Notes: generated from the letters alone by a model not told the origin. Shown: positions 53,308-63,888, counted from the stretch's first letter. The stretch is 64,000 nt of DNA from Candidatus Marinacidobacterales bacterium (GCA_965237955.1 OZ250169.1:3872001-3936000), one strand, 5' to 3'. A program made the numbers and translations.

Positions 53308-53460
53308 ATGATCTGTGTCACTGGAGCAGGTGGGACCGTCGGTAGCGAGCTCATCAAAGGGCTTGAATCAGCAAAGGCCCCGTTCCGCGCGGCCTACTTC
53401 TCGAAAAAGAAGGCGGAAGCCGCACGGGCGAAAGGGATCGACGCCGTCATCATGGACTAC
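53308..53460 (+). pseudogene. NmrA/SDR-like N-terminal fragment
   Basis: MICVTGAGGTVGSELI then truncation. Confidence 0.65.
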
Positions 53461-53545
53461 GTCTTGTGGCTCTGTGCCTTCGTCTTCTACGAGTCGAAAG
53501 CTTAATCCACGCTCTCAAGGTTGGGCAGGCCTCAATACATAATGT

Positions 53546-53692
53546 CTATCTGTTCACTCCCCGGGCCCCACCCAGGGCCTGGGCGATGGTCACCTCTCCC
53601 AGCTTCTTGTCCCCGTGCTTTTTCACCAGGGCCGTCGTCCTCGGGCGCCAGGCTTCGATCTTCTGGCGCAGCTTCTCCTTCAGCTTCGACAT
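53546..53692 (-). pseudogene. Citrate synthase (eukaryote-like type) N-terminal fragment
   Basis: MSKLKEKL..KI..WRPR...LVKKHGDKKLGEVTI.Q.LGGARG. Confidence 0.7.
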
Positions 53693-53837
53693 GGAGTCCT
53701 CCTGGGCTGAGTGATGCCGGGGGCACGCCAGTGGGAAGGTCGCACGGGTGGACGCTAGCACCCCAGCGGGCCTTCGTCCATAAGCCGAGGATCTCACACC
53801 CGCCCCCTGCCTTTCTCGTGCTAAGTTCCCGAGGAGC

Positions 53838-55187
53838 GTGAGTGACATGAAGAGATCCCGCCGCCAATTCCTGGAAGGCTCCGCGCGCGCGGCGGCCGGG
53901 CTGGCCCTGATCGCACCCAGGGCGGCCCTCGCGGCTCGGCCCGTCGCCCCGAGCGACAAGATCCGCTTCGGCGTGATCGGAGTCCGGGGCATGGGGTGGT
54001 CCAACATGCGGTCGGCCCTGAAGATCGACGAGGTGGAGTGCGCCGCGATCTGCGACGTCGATCAGCGGGAGTTGGATCGACGCAAGGAGGAGAGGGTCGA
54101 GGCCGGAGGCGCGGCGCCCCGGCTCTACGGGGACTACCGGAAGCTCCTCGACGACAAAGACCTCGACGCGGTCATCATCGGCACCCCCGACCACTGGCAC
54201 TGCCGGATCCTCCTGGATGCCCTCGACGCCGGGAAGCACGTCTACGTGGAGAAGCCCCTCGCCAACTCCATCGAAGAGGCCAACGTCATGCTGGCGGCGG
54301 CGCGGCAGTCCGACCGGATGGTGCAGGTCGGCCAGTGGCAGCGCAGTGGTCCCCATTACGAGGAGGCCCTGGAGGTGGTGCGCTCCGGCGACCTGGGGAA
54401 CATCCGTCTGGTGAAGGTCTGGGCCTATCAGGGCTGGATGAAGCCGGTGCCGGTGGAGCCCGACGCGGAGGCGCCCGAGGGAGTGGACTACGCCATGTGG
54501 CTCGGCCCGGCTCGAACTCGACCCTTCAATCCCAACCGCTTCCACTTCAACTTTCGGTGGTTCTGGGACTACGCCGGAGGCCTCATGACCGACTGGGGCG
54601 TCCACGAGATCGACATCGCGCTGTACGCCATGGGAGCCCGAGCCCCGAAGTCCGTCATGGCCTCCGGCGGAAAGCTGGCCTACCCGGACGACGCCTCCGA
54701 GACCCCCGACACGCTGCAGGCGGTCTTCGAGTACGACGACTTCAACATGCTCTGGGAGCACGCCACGGGCATCGACGGAGGCAACTACGGCCGGACCGAG
54801 GGAATCGCCTTCATCGGGAACAACGGCACGCTGGTCGTCAACCGAGGCGGATGGGAGCTGCTCCCGGAGGCAGAGGAGGTCGACGAGCGGCGGCGGTACA
54901 AGATGGAGGCACTTCCCCAGGTCCGACGAGGTCGCAACGAAGATGCGCTGGGCAACCATACCCGCAACTTCGTGGAGGCCATCCAGAACAACGACGCCAC
55001 GGTCCTGAAGTGCGGCATCGAGAGCGGGAGCGTCGCGGCGGTCAACGCCCACATGGGGAACATCGCCTTCAAGGTCGGCCGAAAGATCTACTGGGACGCG
55101 GACGCCGGGAACTTCGGGACAGACAAGGAGGCCAATGCCCTCCTGCGGCCGGAGTATCACAACGGCTGGGTGCTGCCAAGGGCCTGA
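53838..55187 (+). CDS. Gfo/Idh/MocA oxidoreductase with Tat signal
   Basis: SRRQFL, IGTPDHWH, YVEKP, WLGPA, DWGVH. Confidence 0.93.
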   Translation: MSDMKRSRRQFLEGSARAAAGLALIAPRAALAARPVAPSDKIRFGVIGVRGMGWSNMRSALKIDEVECAAICDVDQRELDRRKEERVEAGGAAPRLYGDYRKLLDDKDLDAVIIGTPDHWHCRILLDALDAGKHVYVEKPLANSIEEANVMLAAARQSDRMVQVGQWQRSGPHYEEALEVVRSGDLGNIRLVKVWAYQGWMKPVPVEPDAEAPEGVDYAMWLGPARTRPFNPNRFHFNFRWFWDYAGGLMTDWGVHEIDIALYAMGARAPKSVMASGGKLAYPDDASETPDTLQAVFEYDDFNMLWEHATGIDGGNYGRTEGIAFIGNNGTLVVNRGGWELLPEAEEVDERRRYKMEALPQVRRGRNEDALGNHTRNFVEAIQNNDATVLKCGIESGSVAAVNAHMGNIAFKVGRKIYWDADAGNFGTDKEANALLRPEYHNGWVLPRA

Positions 55188-55293
55188 GACAACCTGGCTC
55201 GGCGACACGCTACCCTCCAAAACGGGACCGTACCGCGTCCGGAGGATCGGACTCGACGGTTCCGTGCTTGAGCAAGTGCCCCGCGCACAGTTC

Positions 55294-55426
55294 CTAGTCC
55301 CCTGGATCTTTGATTACTATACAAAGTTAGGCTTTTCGCCAGCCCATAATATTCATAAGATTCATGCACTTAGAAGGGTTTCGGCAAGCTCTGCTTTATC
55401 TAGTTTGTTCTGATACAGGGGACTAG
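55294..55426 (+). mobile_element. MITE copy 3
   Basis: One substitution versus copy 1; CTAG on both sides. Confidence 0.93.
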
Positions 55427-55492
55427 GCTAACGCGACTCCGCCGTTTGTAAAACGATCTTCTTTCTGGTGTGATTGAAGCTGGAGGCGTCGC

Positions 55493-55790
55493 TTGCTTGG
55501 TAGAGTCGGTTCGTCCACCGCCGCCATCCTTTTGGTCGCCTTCTCGCTTTTCGGTCAGACTTTCCAGGCCAAGGTCGTCGGGATCTCCGATGGCGACACG
55601 ATCACGGTCTATGACGGGACCAGGCAGACTCGAATCCGCCTCGAAGGGATCGACTGCCCGGAGAGCGGCGCGGACTTCTCCAATAAAGCAATAAAGCAAA
55701 GCAGCTCACCTCCGATCTCGTCCTCGGCAAGCGGGTGCGCGTCGAGGGCAAGGAGCGGGATCAGTACGGGCGTCTCGCTCCAGAATGGAT
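55493..55790 (+). pseudogene. Thermonuclease (SNase) fragment, frameshifted
   Basis: VVGISDGDTITV, IRLEGIDCPE; RDQYGRL in another frame. Confidence 0.8.
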
Positions 55791-55904
55791 CGCCGGGCCC
55801 GGTACGACCAGTGGTCGTGCTCGAGGCGTGACATCGCCTCGCGAAACTGCTCCTGCATCTCTCCTTCTCGGTCGGGGAAATTCCCAAACCGTCAACTATA
55901 GCGC

Positions 55905-57194
55905 TCAGCCTCCGAGCTCGAGCGCGTCCGCTCCGAGAAGGGTGTGGAGGAGCACGTTCGCGCCCGCCTCAATGTCCCTGGGACGCGAGAACTCCTTAGG
56001 AGAGTGGCTGATGCCGTCTATGCTGGGGATGAAGATCATCCCCACCGGTGCCAGGAGCGCGATGGTCTGAGCGTCGTGGCCGGCGCCGCTCGGCATCCAG
56101 AGCGTCGAAAGCGCGAGCCCCGCCGCCGATTCGGCGACGAGCTTTCTCAGGCGATCGTCCGTGGGTGCGGCGCGGCTGACGTCGTATAGCTCGAGCTCGA
56201 TCCGCGTGTCGTTCTTTGTCGCCAGCGCCCTTCCCTCCTTTTCGATCTCCCGAAAGATGCGGTCGATCTTGGCCATCTCGAGATCCCGGATCTCGAGAGA
56301 GAGCATCGCCCGCCCGGGGATGACGTTCGCCGCGCCGGGATGGGCCTCGAGCTTTCCCACCGTACCCACTTGCCGCCCGGGCATCGAGGTGACGACCCGG
56401 TTCACCAGGTCGATGAACCTGCCAGCCGTGAGCATGGCGTCACGACGCTGGTCCATGGGGGTGGTTCCCGCGTGATTGGCGAAGCCGGTGACGGTGACGC
56501 TCCAGCGTTTGACACCGACGATGCCTTCGACGACACCGATGTCGATGTGTTGCTGATGCAGCAGGGCCCCTTGCTCGATGTGGAGCTCGAGATAGCAGGC
56601 GATGTCCCCGGGACGCCGCCGCACGGCGTCGAGCTTCGCGGGATCGCCGCCGATGAAGGCGATACCTTCGCCGATGCTCTTGCCGCTGTGCGTGGGGAGA
56701 GCGAGCTCGTCCTCCGTCACCTCAACCGCCAGCGCGCGACTTCCCGTCGCCCCCCTTTCCTCGTTCTGAAAGATGACGACTTCCAGGGGATGTCGCGTCC
56801 GGAGAGAAGCGTCCGCGAGCGTCTGGGCCACTTCGATGGCGCCCATCGAGCCCACTTGTCCGTCGTAGTTTCCGCCATGCGGAACGGAGTCGATGTGCGA
56901 GCCGAACATCAGGGGCGGCACGTTCGGGTCCGTGCCCCGCCGGCGTCCGAGGATATTGCCCGCGAGGTCAATCTGAACATCGAGTCCCGCCTCGCGCATG
57001 AGCCCCATGGCATAGTCTCGACCCTCGCGATCGGCATCGCTATAGGCCACGCGGCTGATACCACCTTCGGGCGTGCGTCCGAACTGTGCCAGCTCATCGA
57101 GTCGGCGGTTCAACCGCGCGCCGTCTACCCGAAGTGTTGCGCGTTGGTAGAGGCCTAGAGCCCCGAGGCTCATTAGAAACTCACGACGGTTCAT
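55905..57194 (-). CDS. M20 Zn-dependent hydrolase (N-carbamoyl-L-amino-acid/allantoate amidohydrolase type) with twin-arginine motif
   Basis: GSHIDSV..GG.YDG, NEE, ELHIEQG, NHAGTTPM, SGAGHDA; MNRREFL. Confidence 0.92.
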   Translation of the reverse strand: MNRREFLMSLGALGLYQRATLRVDGARLNRRLDELAQFGRTPEGGISRVAYSDADREGRDYAMGLMREAGLDVQIDLAGNILGRRRGTDPNVPPLMFGSHIDSVPHGGNYDGQVGSMGAIEVAQTLADASLRTRHPLEVVIFQNEERGATGSRALAVEVTEDELALPTHSGKSIGEGIAFIGGDPAKLDAVRRRPGDIACYLELHIEQGALLHQQHIDIGVVEGIVGVKRWSVTVTGFANHAGTTPMDQRRDAMLTAGRFIDLVNRVVTSMPGRQVGTVGKLEAHPGAANVIPGRAMLSLEIRDLEMAKIDRIFREIEKEGRALATKNDTRIELELYDVSRAAPTDDRLRKLVAESAAGLALSTLWMPSGAGHDAQTIALLAPVGMIFIPSIDGISHSPKEFSRPRDIEAGANVLLHTLLGADALELGG

Positions 57195-57295
57195 CGTCCG
57201 CTGAGTCTACCGTGTTTGTGCGTTACGTGCACGCCGGAAAAAATGGGGCACGGAAACTGACAGCCGGACCAAGAAAAAAGGCGGGGCGCCACTTA

Positions 57296-59222
57296 GGGCC
57301 GGCGACAAAATAAGTTCCCGTTTTCAAGACGGTCGGATGGTGTAGTTCCATTTGGGTAGAGTCTGGTCCTTTGTAACGGAAAGCGCCTGCATCCGCTCGT
57401 CAGTGATTTTGACGCCCTTCGGATAACGACGCCGGATAAGGTGTGCGCGTACTCGCAAACCGGAAGAGGTGGTGGTCGTGCGGATGTATTTGAGGATGGT
57501 TTCGTAGCTGTCGAGAGGCCTGCCCGCCCAGTTCTTGCTGATCTCGCTGAACAGACGGTGCTCCACTGGATTCCACTTGGATGTACCGGACGGATAGTGG
57601 GCTATGGTGATAGCGATGTCGTGGCGATTGCAAATCCGCGTTTGAAGCCCGTGCTTCCAACCCCGACACCGATAGCCATTGCTGCCCCCGGCGTCTGCCA
57701 ATATCGCGAGGTCACGGGCTGCAGGATAGCGTCGCCGTCCTTCCGTTCGCCACCACTTCTCGATGGCATTCACGGCGAAGTCCGGGGTGTTGTACGAGGT
57801 ACCAATGAACACTGTCCCGCGGTTCGCGAGCAGATCGTAGACGCCGTAGGGGATTGCGATGCCGTTCGATTCGGAACGGAAGTCATGGTCTTTGACGAGA
57901 GTCGGCTCGCGGTTCCAGGCCTGCCCGCCGTTTTTGAATAATCCCACCAGCTCCCGTTTCTTCGTGTCTACGCTGATGATGGGATGACCAGCTGCGGCAA
58001 AACGCTCGCGCAGTTCGGCGATACACGCGAATTGGGTATCGCGATCTTCGGACGTGGCACCGCACAGCTTCTTGTGGTTCACCCGCAACGAGAAGCCGAG
58101 CTGTTTGAGCAGTCGACCGACGGTTTTGCTGCTGACGTTCACACTGAGGCTTCTTAGCTCGCAAGCAATCTTGTCGGTGGTCCGCCGCGTCCATTTCACT
58201 CCCGTCATCGGATCGCCCGCGGTGTCGTGCTTCATGAGTTCTTCGATCTTGGCGATGACTTCTGGCGTTTTTTTTGCACGGCGCGCCGTCCGCCACCCTT
58301 TCGCCGAACTCCGTCGAGCTCAACATCTCTCATTAGCAATTCCCTACGACCTCTGGCTACCGTGCTCGGATCCATCCCGAGCAGTTCGGCAATCTGTTGG
58401 TCGCCACCGTGACCGAGCTTCATGGCCTCGACCCCCGCGTAGAGACGGCGCTGCTTTTCATCGAGCAGGCTGTAGAAAAGAACGATCGCAGCCTTCAACT
58501 CCACGGGGAGCACGCGGACTCCCCCGACCCAGCCCAACGTGGAAGGTGACGCCTCATGTACCTGGCGGGCCGAGAGCTGTTGCTTGCGCGTGCTCACATC
58601 GGTGGCCAGATACAGATATCGGCCGAACACCTGCTCGCGCGCCAATCTTTTCTCTCGGACCAGTTTCAACAGAGGAGCCTTGACGTCAACCTGCACCTCG
58701 TCCTCGAGCTCGTCGACGTAGTAGCCTGCCTCACAGGCCGCGACCAACGCTTTTACCGTCGCAAGCAACGTCCCGTACTTCGAGAACCACACTGAGCGCA
58801 ACGACCAAAGACCTTTTCGATCGAACTGGGCGATCTCGTCCAACGTGTAGTAGCTACCACGGTGGGAGTAGCTTGTCCGATACGCCAACTCATTGAGCTT
58901 TCGGAAGACGGTCGAGTCCACATCGGTACCCAACACTGCCTTCAAATCATCGAGGGTAGCTATTTTGTGCTTCCTCAACAGGCGGTCGAGATCTTCAGAC
59001 TGATAGCTCGTAGGTCTCATAATAGGAGAAGTGCTCCTTGATAGGCGTAATCCTCCCTAAAATGAGGACCGTTTGTCAAACACGCGCTGGTTGCTGAAGA
59101 TCTACAAATGTTCCGTTTCTAGGGAGCTTGCCAGGCTCTCGTGATGCCAGACGACATCGCGATCACGATCTGAAACAGGAAGAGTGTGCTCAAAACTAGA
59201 CAGTTATTTTGTCGGCGGCCCT
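57296..59222 (-). mobile_element. ISAzo13 family element; ORFs 58232-59020 and 57324-58235 probably joined by -1 frameshift
   Basis: TIR GGGCCG(G/C)CGACAAAATAA; ISVDTKKRE, DHDF, DAGGSNG, HYPSGTSKWNPVEHRLFS; A8 run at the ORF overlap; possible TTA duplication (ambiguous by one base). Confidence 0.9.
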
Positions 59223-59229
59223 TTAGGGT

Positions 59230-59340
59230 GGGCCATTTTAGATGAGCGAAGTGGACCAAGCCGAGTGGACAAAAACAAACCCATACTGTTTTTCATGAAT
59301 GCCGGTGCCGATCATCCGCTGCAACGACGGATTAGCCAGC
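59230..59340 (-). other. Degenerate attC site
   Basis: Minus strand GCTGGCTAATCCGTCGTTGCAGCGGAT; 8/10 match to the inverse core expected from the cassette start; right arm decayed. Confidence 0.5.
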
Positions 59341-59424
59341 TCCTTGCACTGCCGGTCCCTTCAAAAGCTAGTCCGCTCGGGTAAACTCTGCCCTCAAATC
59401 GAACCTCTTTACGGAATTAGAGCT

Positions 59425-59724
59425 TCAGCGCACGACCGAGTAGGTCCGTATGTCGGGCGGCTCCGCCATGATCGGCTCCAGCTTGGGTAGAGCCTCCTTG
59501 ATATGGTCACTTGAGAGGTGGGCGTCAAAAGCAGAATCGCTTTGCCACTCTTCCACGAAAGTGAAGTCCGTCGGATCTTCTCTGTTCTGGAGAAGCTGGT
59601 AGGTGACGCAGCCGGACTCTTTACGGGTGGGCTCGACGAGCCCGCTAAGGAGTTCCCTTACCGCGCTCACGTTATCGGAGCTAGCTTTGATTCGGGCAAC
59701 AACTCTCAATGAATTCTCAGGCAT
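59425..59724 (-). CDS. Putative quinol monooxygenase (ABM domain), gene cassette
   Basis: PTRKESGC..Y.L, F.FVEEW.S..AFDAH. Confidence 0.88.
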   Translation of the reverse strand: MPENSLRVVARIKASSDNVSAVRELLSGLVEPTRKESGCVTYQLLQNREDPTDFTFVEEWQSDSAFDAHLSSDHIKEALPKLEPIMAEPPDIRTYSVVR

Positions 59725-59764
59725 TACTCCTCCTTTCACAGACCAATATCACACCGGTCAAGCT

Positions 59765-59845
59765 GCCTAACGATACACGTCAGCTGCGGACGCCCGCAAT
59801 CGAGGAAGCATTGGCGGCGTCCGACGGCTGCACGTGATGTTGTAC
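59765..59845 (-). other. Integron attC site
   Basis: Minus strand GTACAAC...long imperfect palindrome...GTTAGGC, 81 bp. Confidence 0.85.
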
Positions 59846-60233
59846 AGCTCTATGTTCAATTTATGACCTACGCCGCGAAGAAACCGAACCTACGGTCTAC
59901 GGACACGTAATCCGTAGGTTGAAACCTAAGCCCCAAGCGACGCGAAACTCGATTCGCCGCTGATTGATCGCACGTCCGGTCGAAAGTAGAATACCCGGAC
60001 GTTTCAGGGTGTTATCGTGCTACGCAGCATCACCGCGCACTATAAGAACGCTCGCGGCCCGTCAGGGCCCACGCCAAGTCCAGCTTGGCAGTCGAGTTGC
60101 ACACCCGGTCCGTCTCGAAGACGACCTGCTTACATGGGCGAGTCGAGCAGCCGATCGCGATACATGGCTGATGATCCACGGAAGGATCCAGTTACTGTTC
60201 GGCGGCCTGCGAACAACCATGGAGGAGTAAATC

Positions 60234-60755
60234 ATGTGTACCGCCGCGATCGCTTATTGCCTGTGCATCGGCTTCGCCTCGCCGGATGCTCGACATTGTC
60301 AGCAGGAAGCCCAAATCCTTACCCCTGGGACGCGCGTTCGCGTTGCCGCCCCGGCGCAACTGACGAAGCCGCTAGTTGGAACGCTCACCGCCGCCGCCGC
60401 CACGTCTTTGACTGTTGAAACGTCAAAGCAGACGGTTGTGGTCCGACGTGATGCGATTGAAATATTGTGGCGTAGCGAGCGACGCAGTTCAAAGAAGCGT
60501 GGTGCCGTGATCGGGGCGTTAGTGGGGGTTGGCGTCGCTGCCATCGTGGCTGCGACTGACTCGAGCAACGATTTCATTTTCACGAAGGGGGAATTGTTTC
60601 TCGCGACAAGTGTCTTGTTCGCTCCGATAGGTGCTGGCGTGGGTGCGGCGGTGGCGCCCGGCGAGCGATGGGCCACAGTGCCGACCTCGCCCGTGGCAGC
60701 GGCACATTGGGCGAGGGAGCGAGGTCTACAATTGAACGTTAGCATTCGGTTTTGA
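60234..60755 (+). CDS. Hypothetical secreted/membrane protein, inverted within a cassette
   Basis: GGAGGA RBS; PG.RVRV beta domain followed by glycine-zipper helices. Confidence 0.65.
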   Translation: MCTAAIAYCLCIGFASPDARHCQQEAQILTPGTRVRVAAPAQLTKPLVGTLTAAAATSLTVETSKQTVVVRRDAIEILWRSERRSSKKRGAVIGALVGVGVAAIVAATDSSNDFIFTKGELFLATSVLFAPIGAGVGAAVAPGERWATVPTSPVAAAHWARERGLQLNVSIRF

Positions 60756-61042
60756 GAGCCGCTCGAATCGTTTTCTTTGAGTAGCGGAAGATCCTTACGC
60801 GTCCCGTCCCTCGTCGCCGACGACACCACCAACCGAGAACGGAGCTAAACAAGCTAGACTTCGGCCGTTGAACTCCCTTTGCAGCGGACGTGGCCTGTCT
60901 CTTCGAGAAGGGCAGTGACGTCATGAACATCTCATACTTCGGGAACAATGTGCCCGCGCCAGACGGCTGGCCACGACGCTGAAACGACCTGTTAATCGGT
61001 AGGGTGAGCCATTCCTACACACGGCGGGCGGGGCATTGGCCT

Positions 61043-61138
61043 GTACAACGTGCGGGCTCAGCGGCGAGCGGCGCTCGACGTGAGTCTCGGCATTCGAAAA
61101 AGCATATCGCCGATCGTCCGTTGCAGCGCGAGTTAGCT
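61043..61138 (-). other. Integron attC site
   Basis: Minus strand AGCTAAC..GCTGCAACGGAC...CGCTGAG...GTTGTAC, 96 bp. Confidence 0.85.
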
Positions 61139-61154
61139 GTCCATTTGCGACGAC

Positions 61155-61543
61155 CTAGTGAATGATTTCGGCTGTCCAGCGGTCACGTCCAGCCCAAAAC
61201 GGACATTCGGGGCAATGTTGCCTCTCAGGGTAGTCGACTCCCTCTTCGTGTGGACAACCGATGATCCTGTCCGCCATGACCACTGATTTCACTCCATTAC
61301 TTTCGATGAAGTCGATGACCTCAAGGCCAACGTCGCGATCTAACTTGATGTCTATGCCTTCGGACCGCCAACGCTTCATTACATCCGGTTCAGCATCTTC
61401 AGCCCGACAATCCCAACCGCAATCTTGGTTGCCAATTTGTCGTCCGGACCATATAACGCAACCGTTGCTACGGGATATCCGCGAAAGCCCCTTCTAGCCT
61501 TTTTGCGTAACAAGGAAGACGGTTGTTTCTTTTTGCTTTTCAT
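61155..61543 (-). pseudogene. Conserved hypothetical cassette protein, frameshift near 61400
   Basis: GYPVATVALYGPDD..ATK and GCPHEEG.DYP..CPECPFW in adjacent frames; fills the space between two attC sites. Confidence 0.7.
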
Positions 61544-61566
61544 GAATGTCGATCTCACCCCAGTAC

Positions 61567-61651
61567 AGCTAACGACCCACGTCAGCTGCGGACGCCGACT
61601 CTTGAGCGGGTAGCATGTATCGGCGTCCGACAGCTGCACGTGATGTTGTAC
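61567..61651 (-). other. Integron attC site
   Basis: Minus strand GTACAAC...GTTAGCT, 85 bp; arms nearly identical to the site at 59765. Confidence 0.85.
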
Positions 61652-61712
61652 TGCCCTACTTCCAGAAGAATTCGAAGCTACGACCTAGGGATGGCCAATC
61701 CGTAGGTTGAAG

Positions 61713-63277
61713 TGTATTGGTTCAGCGTGAAGATGACAGCGAGGTTGGACGTTAACGCAACGCCCGGCGGCAGGATGTCCCCTATCGCCCCCAGGGATCG
61801 TACCAGAGTGCTCGGGGGCGTCAAGGGTAAAGCGCGCTGCGCGCGCCGGCTTCGCCGCCCTTGACGCCCCCTGCGCTCTCTGGTACTCAATGCTTGTGGG
61901 CGAGAGGGAACGGAGTGGGGCTCCTGGGATCAGAGTGTTCATGCGGGCACCTTGTTCGCACGGCGCTCACGCCGCAGCTTCCGAGCCTGCTCGAGTTTGC
62001 GGTCTCGCTCCGACCAGATCTGGGTGGCCTTGCCATCCATGAAGTCCAGCGGCGCAATGTAGCCGATCGCGCTGTGCAGGCGAACCCCGTTGTAATATTC
62101 GACGAATCGTTCCATCAAGCGGCGAGCCTCTTCGAGGCTCGTGGGGCTGGCAGGACGCAGGGCGTCCGATTTTATCGTCTTGTGCCAACGCTCGATCTTC
62201 CCGTTCGATTGCGGGTAGTACGGCGCGGTCCTCACGTGCGTCATCCCTGAGATGCGGATGAATGCCTTGAAGTCCTTCGCGATGTACTGCGGACCGTTGT
62301 CCGAGATGATTCGAGGCCGCGCATCGGGGTACCGCTCCTTTGCTCGCTCCAAGATGCACTCCACATCCGCTTCCGTCATCGACTCACGAATCTCCCAGTG
62401 AACCACCGCGCGGCTCGCACCATCCAGAAACGAGCAGAGGTAGTAGAACGTCCCACCCAGGTTCAAGTACGAGATATCCGTGTGCCAGTGCTGGTGCGCT
62501 CGCAGCGGCTGAACGAAGCCCGTTCCCTTCTTCGACGGCTTCGGGTTCCAACGGTCCAGACGACCCGCCTTCGACAACACCCGGTACGTCGTCGAGGGGC
62601 TAACTGCCACCACGTCTTCGTCCAGCATCATGAACGTGAGTCGGCGATACCCGTCCAGTGGGTGGCAGTCGAAGTAGTCGATCACGGACTGGCGCTCCCA
62701 TTCTTCGATCCAGTGATCCCGCAGCACCAGGCCGTTGTGCTCATTCACCTTCCCGTACCGCTTGCGCCAGTCGTAGAACTTGCCCCGAGCGATCCCGCAC
62801 CACTGAACGATCTGCTGGACCGGAAGCTGGGTCTTGGTGGCGATTGTGTTCACGAAGTCGACAACCTCGTCACGACGGTCATGGGGAATCCAGGCACCAC
62901 TCAGGCTTCCCCAAGTTTTTTTTGAGTGTCACGTACTCTTCGGTCACCTCAGCGATGATCTGATCCTTACGGGCCACCTTCGCCTCGAGACGGGAGAGCT
63001 TCTCCTCTAGCTCCTTCTCACGGCTCGGCGCACGACGGAACGAAAACACCGTATGGGCTCCAGCCAATAGCTCCCTTTGCCATGTGTAGAACAGGCTCGG
63101 CTGGATTTCTGCCTCGTTGCATACCTCCGAGACCGGCTTTTTCTCGGCAACGTGCTGGCGCAACAGCTCTGCCTTTTGCTCCGCAGTGTGACGACGACGA
63201 CCTTTGCTCATGACAGCTCCTTTTTCCATGTGCGTATTTTAACTTCAGGACTGTCATGTTCCAGCTGAACCGAAACA
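61713..63277 (-). mobile_element. IS3 family element (orfA 62879-63211; orfB ends at 61939)
   Basis: TG...CA imperfect TIRs; 4-bp TSD GAAG; A8 slippery run; WHTDISY, SDNGPQY, SNGKIER. Confidence 0.93.
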
Positions 63278-63343
63278 GAAGCGATGCCCGTGCGGACCTT
63301 GGCTGCAGTTTTTACCTACGCCATAGGTCGTCAACAGGAGACT

Positions 63344-63706
63344 ATGATGCACGAGAAAACGAGAAAGGCGCTTCTAGCTGAGGCGCTGAGCCGGCGCGAA
63401 TGCGGCGAGCTTCTCGGCCTACACCCCGACTCTGTCACCCGGGCGCTGGGCGATGGCCTCGCGTCCGCCGTCGTGCGGTGGGGCGGTCGCGGCAAAACGA
63501 TGGCGTTCTCGCGCTTGATGGTGCTTCGTTGGCAGCGCGCCCGGCTCTGCACACGGAACGGCGGGAGGCCGTGTCGCGAGTGCAACCTCGTCCTCGACCG
63601 CGCCGCGGCCGTCGCGAGTCACTTGCTCGAGAAACGTCACGGCGTCCTGGATTCCTGCAGCGACGATTGCGGGTATCCCGGAGGTATTTGTCAACCATGC
63701 GCTTGA
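63344..63706 (+). CDS. Small HTH protein (Xis/AlpA/Nu1-like) with Cys-rich C-terminus
   Basis: AGGAG RBS; LSRRECGELLGLHPDSVTR HTH-like; CREC, CSDDC, CQPC. Confidence 0.55.
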   Translation: MMHEKTRKALLAEALSRRECGELLGLHPDSVTRALGDGLASAVVRWGGRGKTMAFSRLMVLRWQRARLCTRNGGRPCRECNLVLDRAAAVASHLLEKRHGVLDSCSDDCGYPGGICQPCA

Positions 63707-63888
63707 TAGCTTGGCTTCGCTCGCTCCTTCGTCGCCTCGCGACTTCGCCCCAACCCGCCGTCGAAGTGGCGGCAAGTGCGGACGCAGTTCTCCGGAGGTT
63801 ACTACTCGAAGGAGCTTACCCGCGAGAACCTCGTAGAGCGCACTGGACGAGCTCGCGGCGGCAAGCGGTGGCTCGAACGCGGTTCTAA
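63697..63888 (+). CDS. Small hypothetical protein overlapping the upstream gene
   Basis: ATG 63697 overlaps the end of the HTH gene; MRLIAWLRSLL... Confidence 0.4.
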   Translation: MRLIAWLRSLLRRLATSPQPAVEVAASADAVLRRLLLEGAYPREPRRAHWTSSRRQAVARTRF

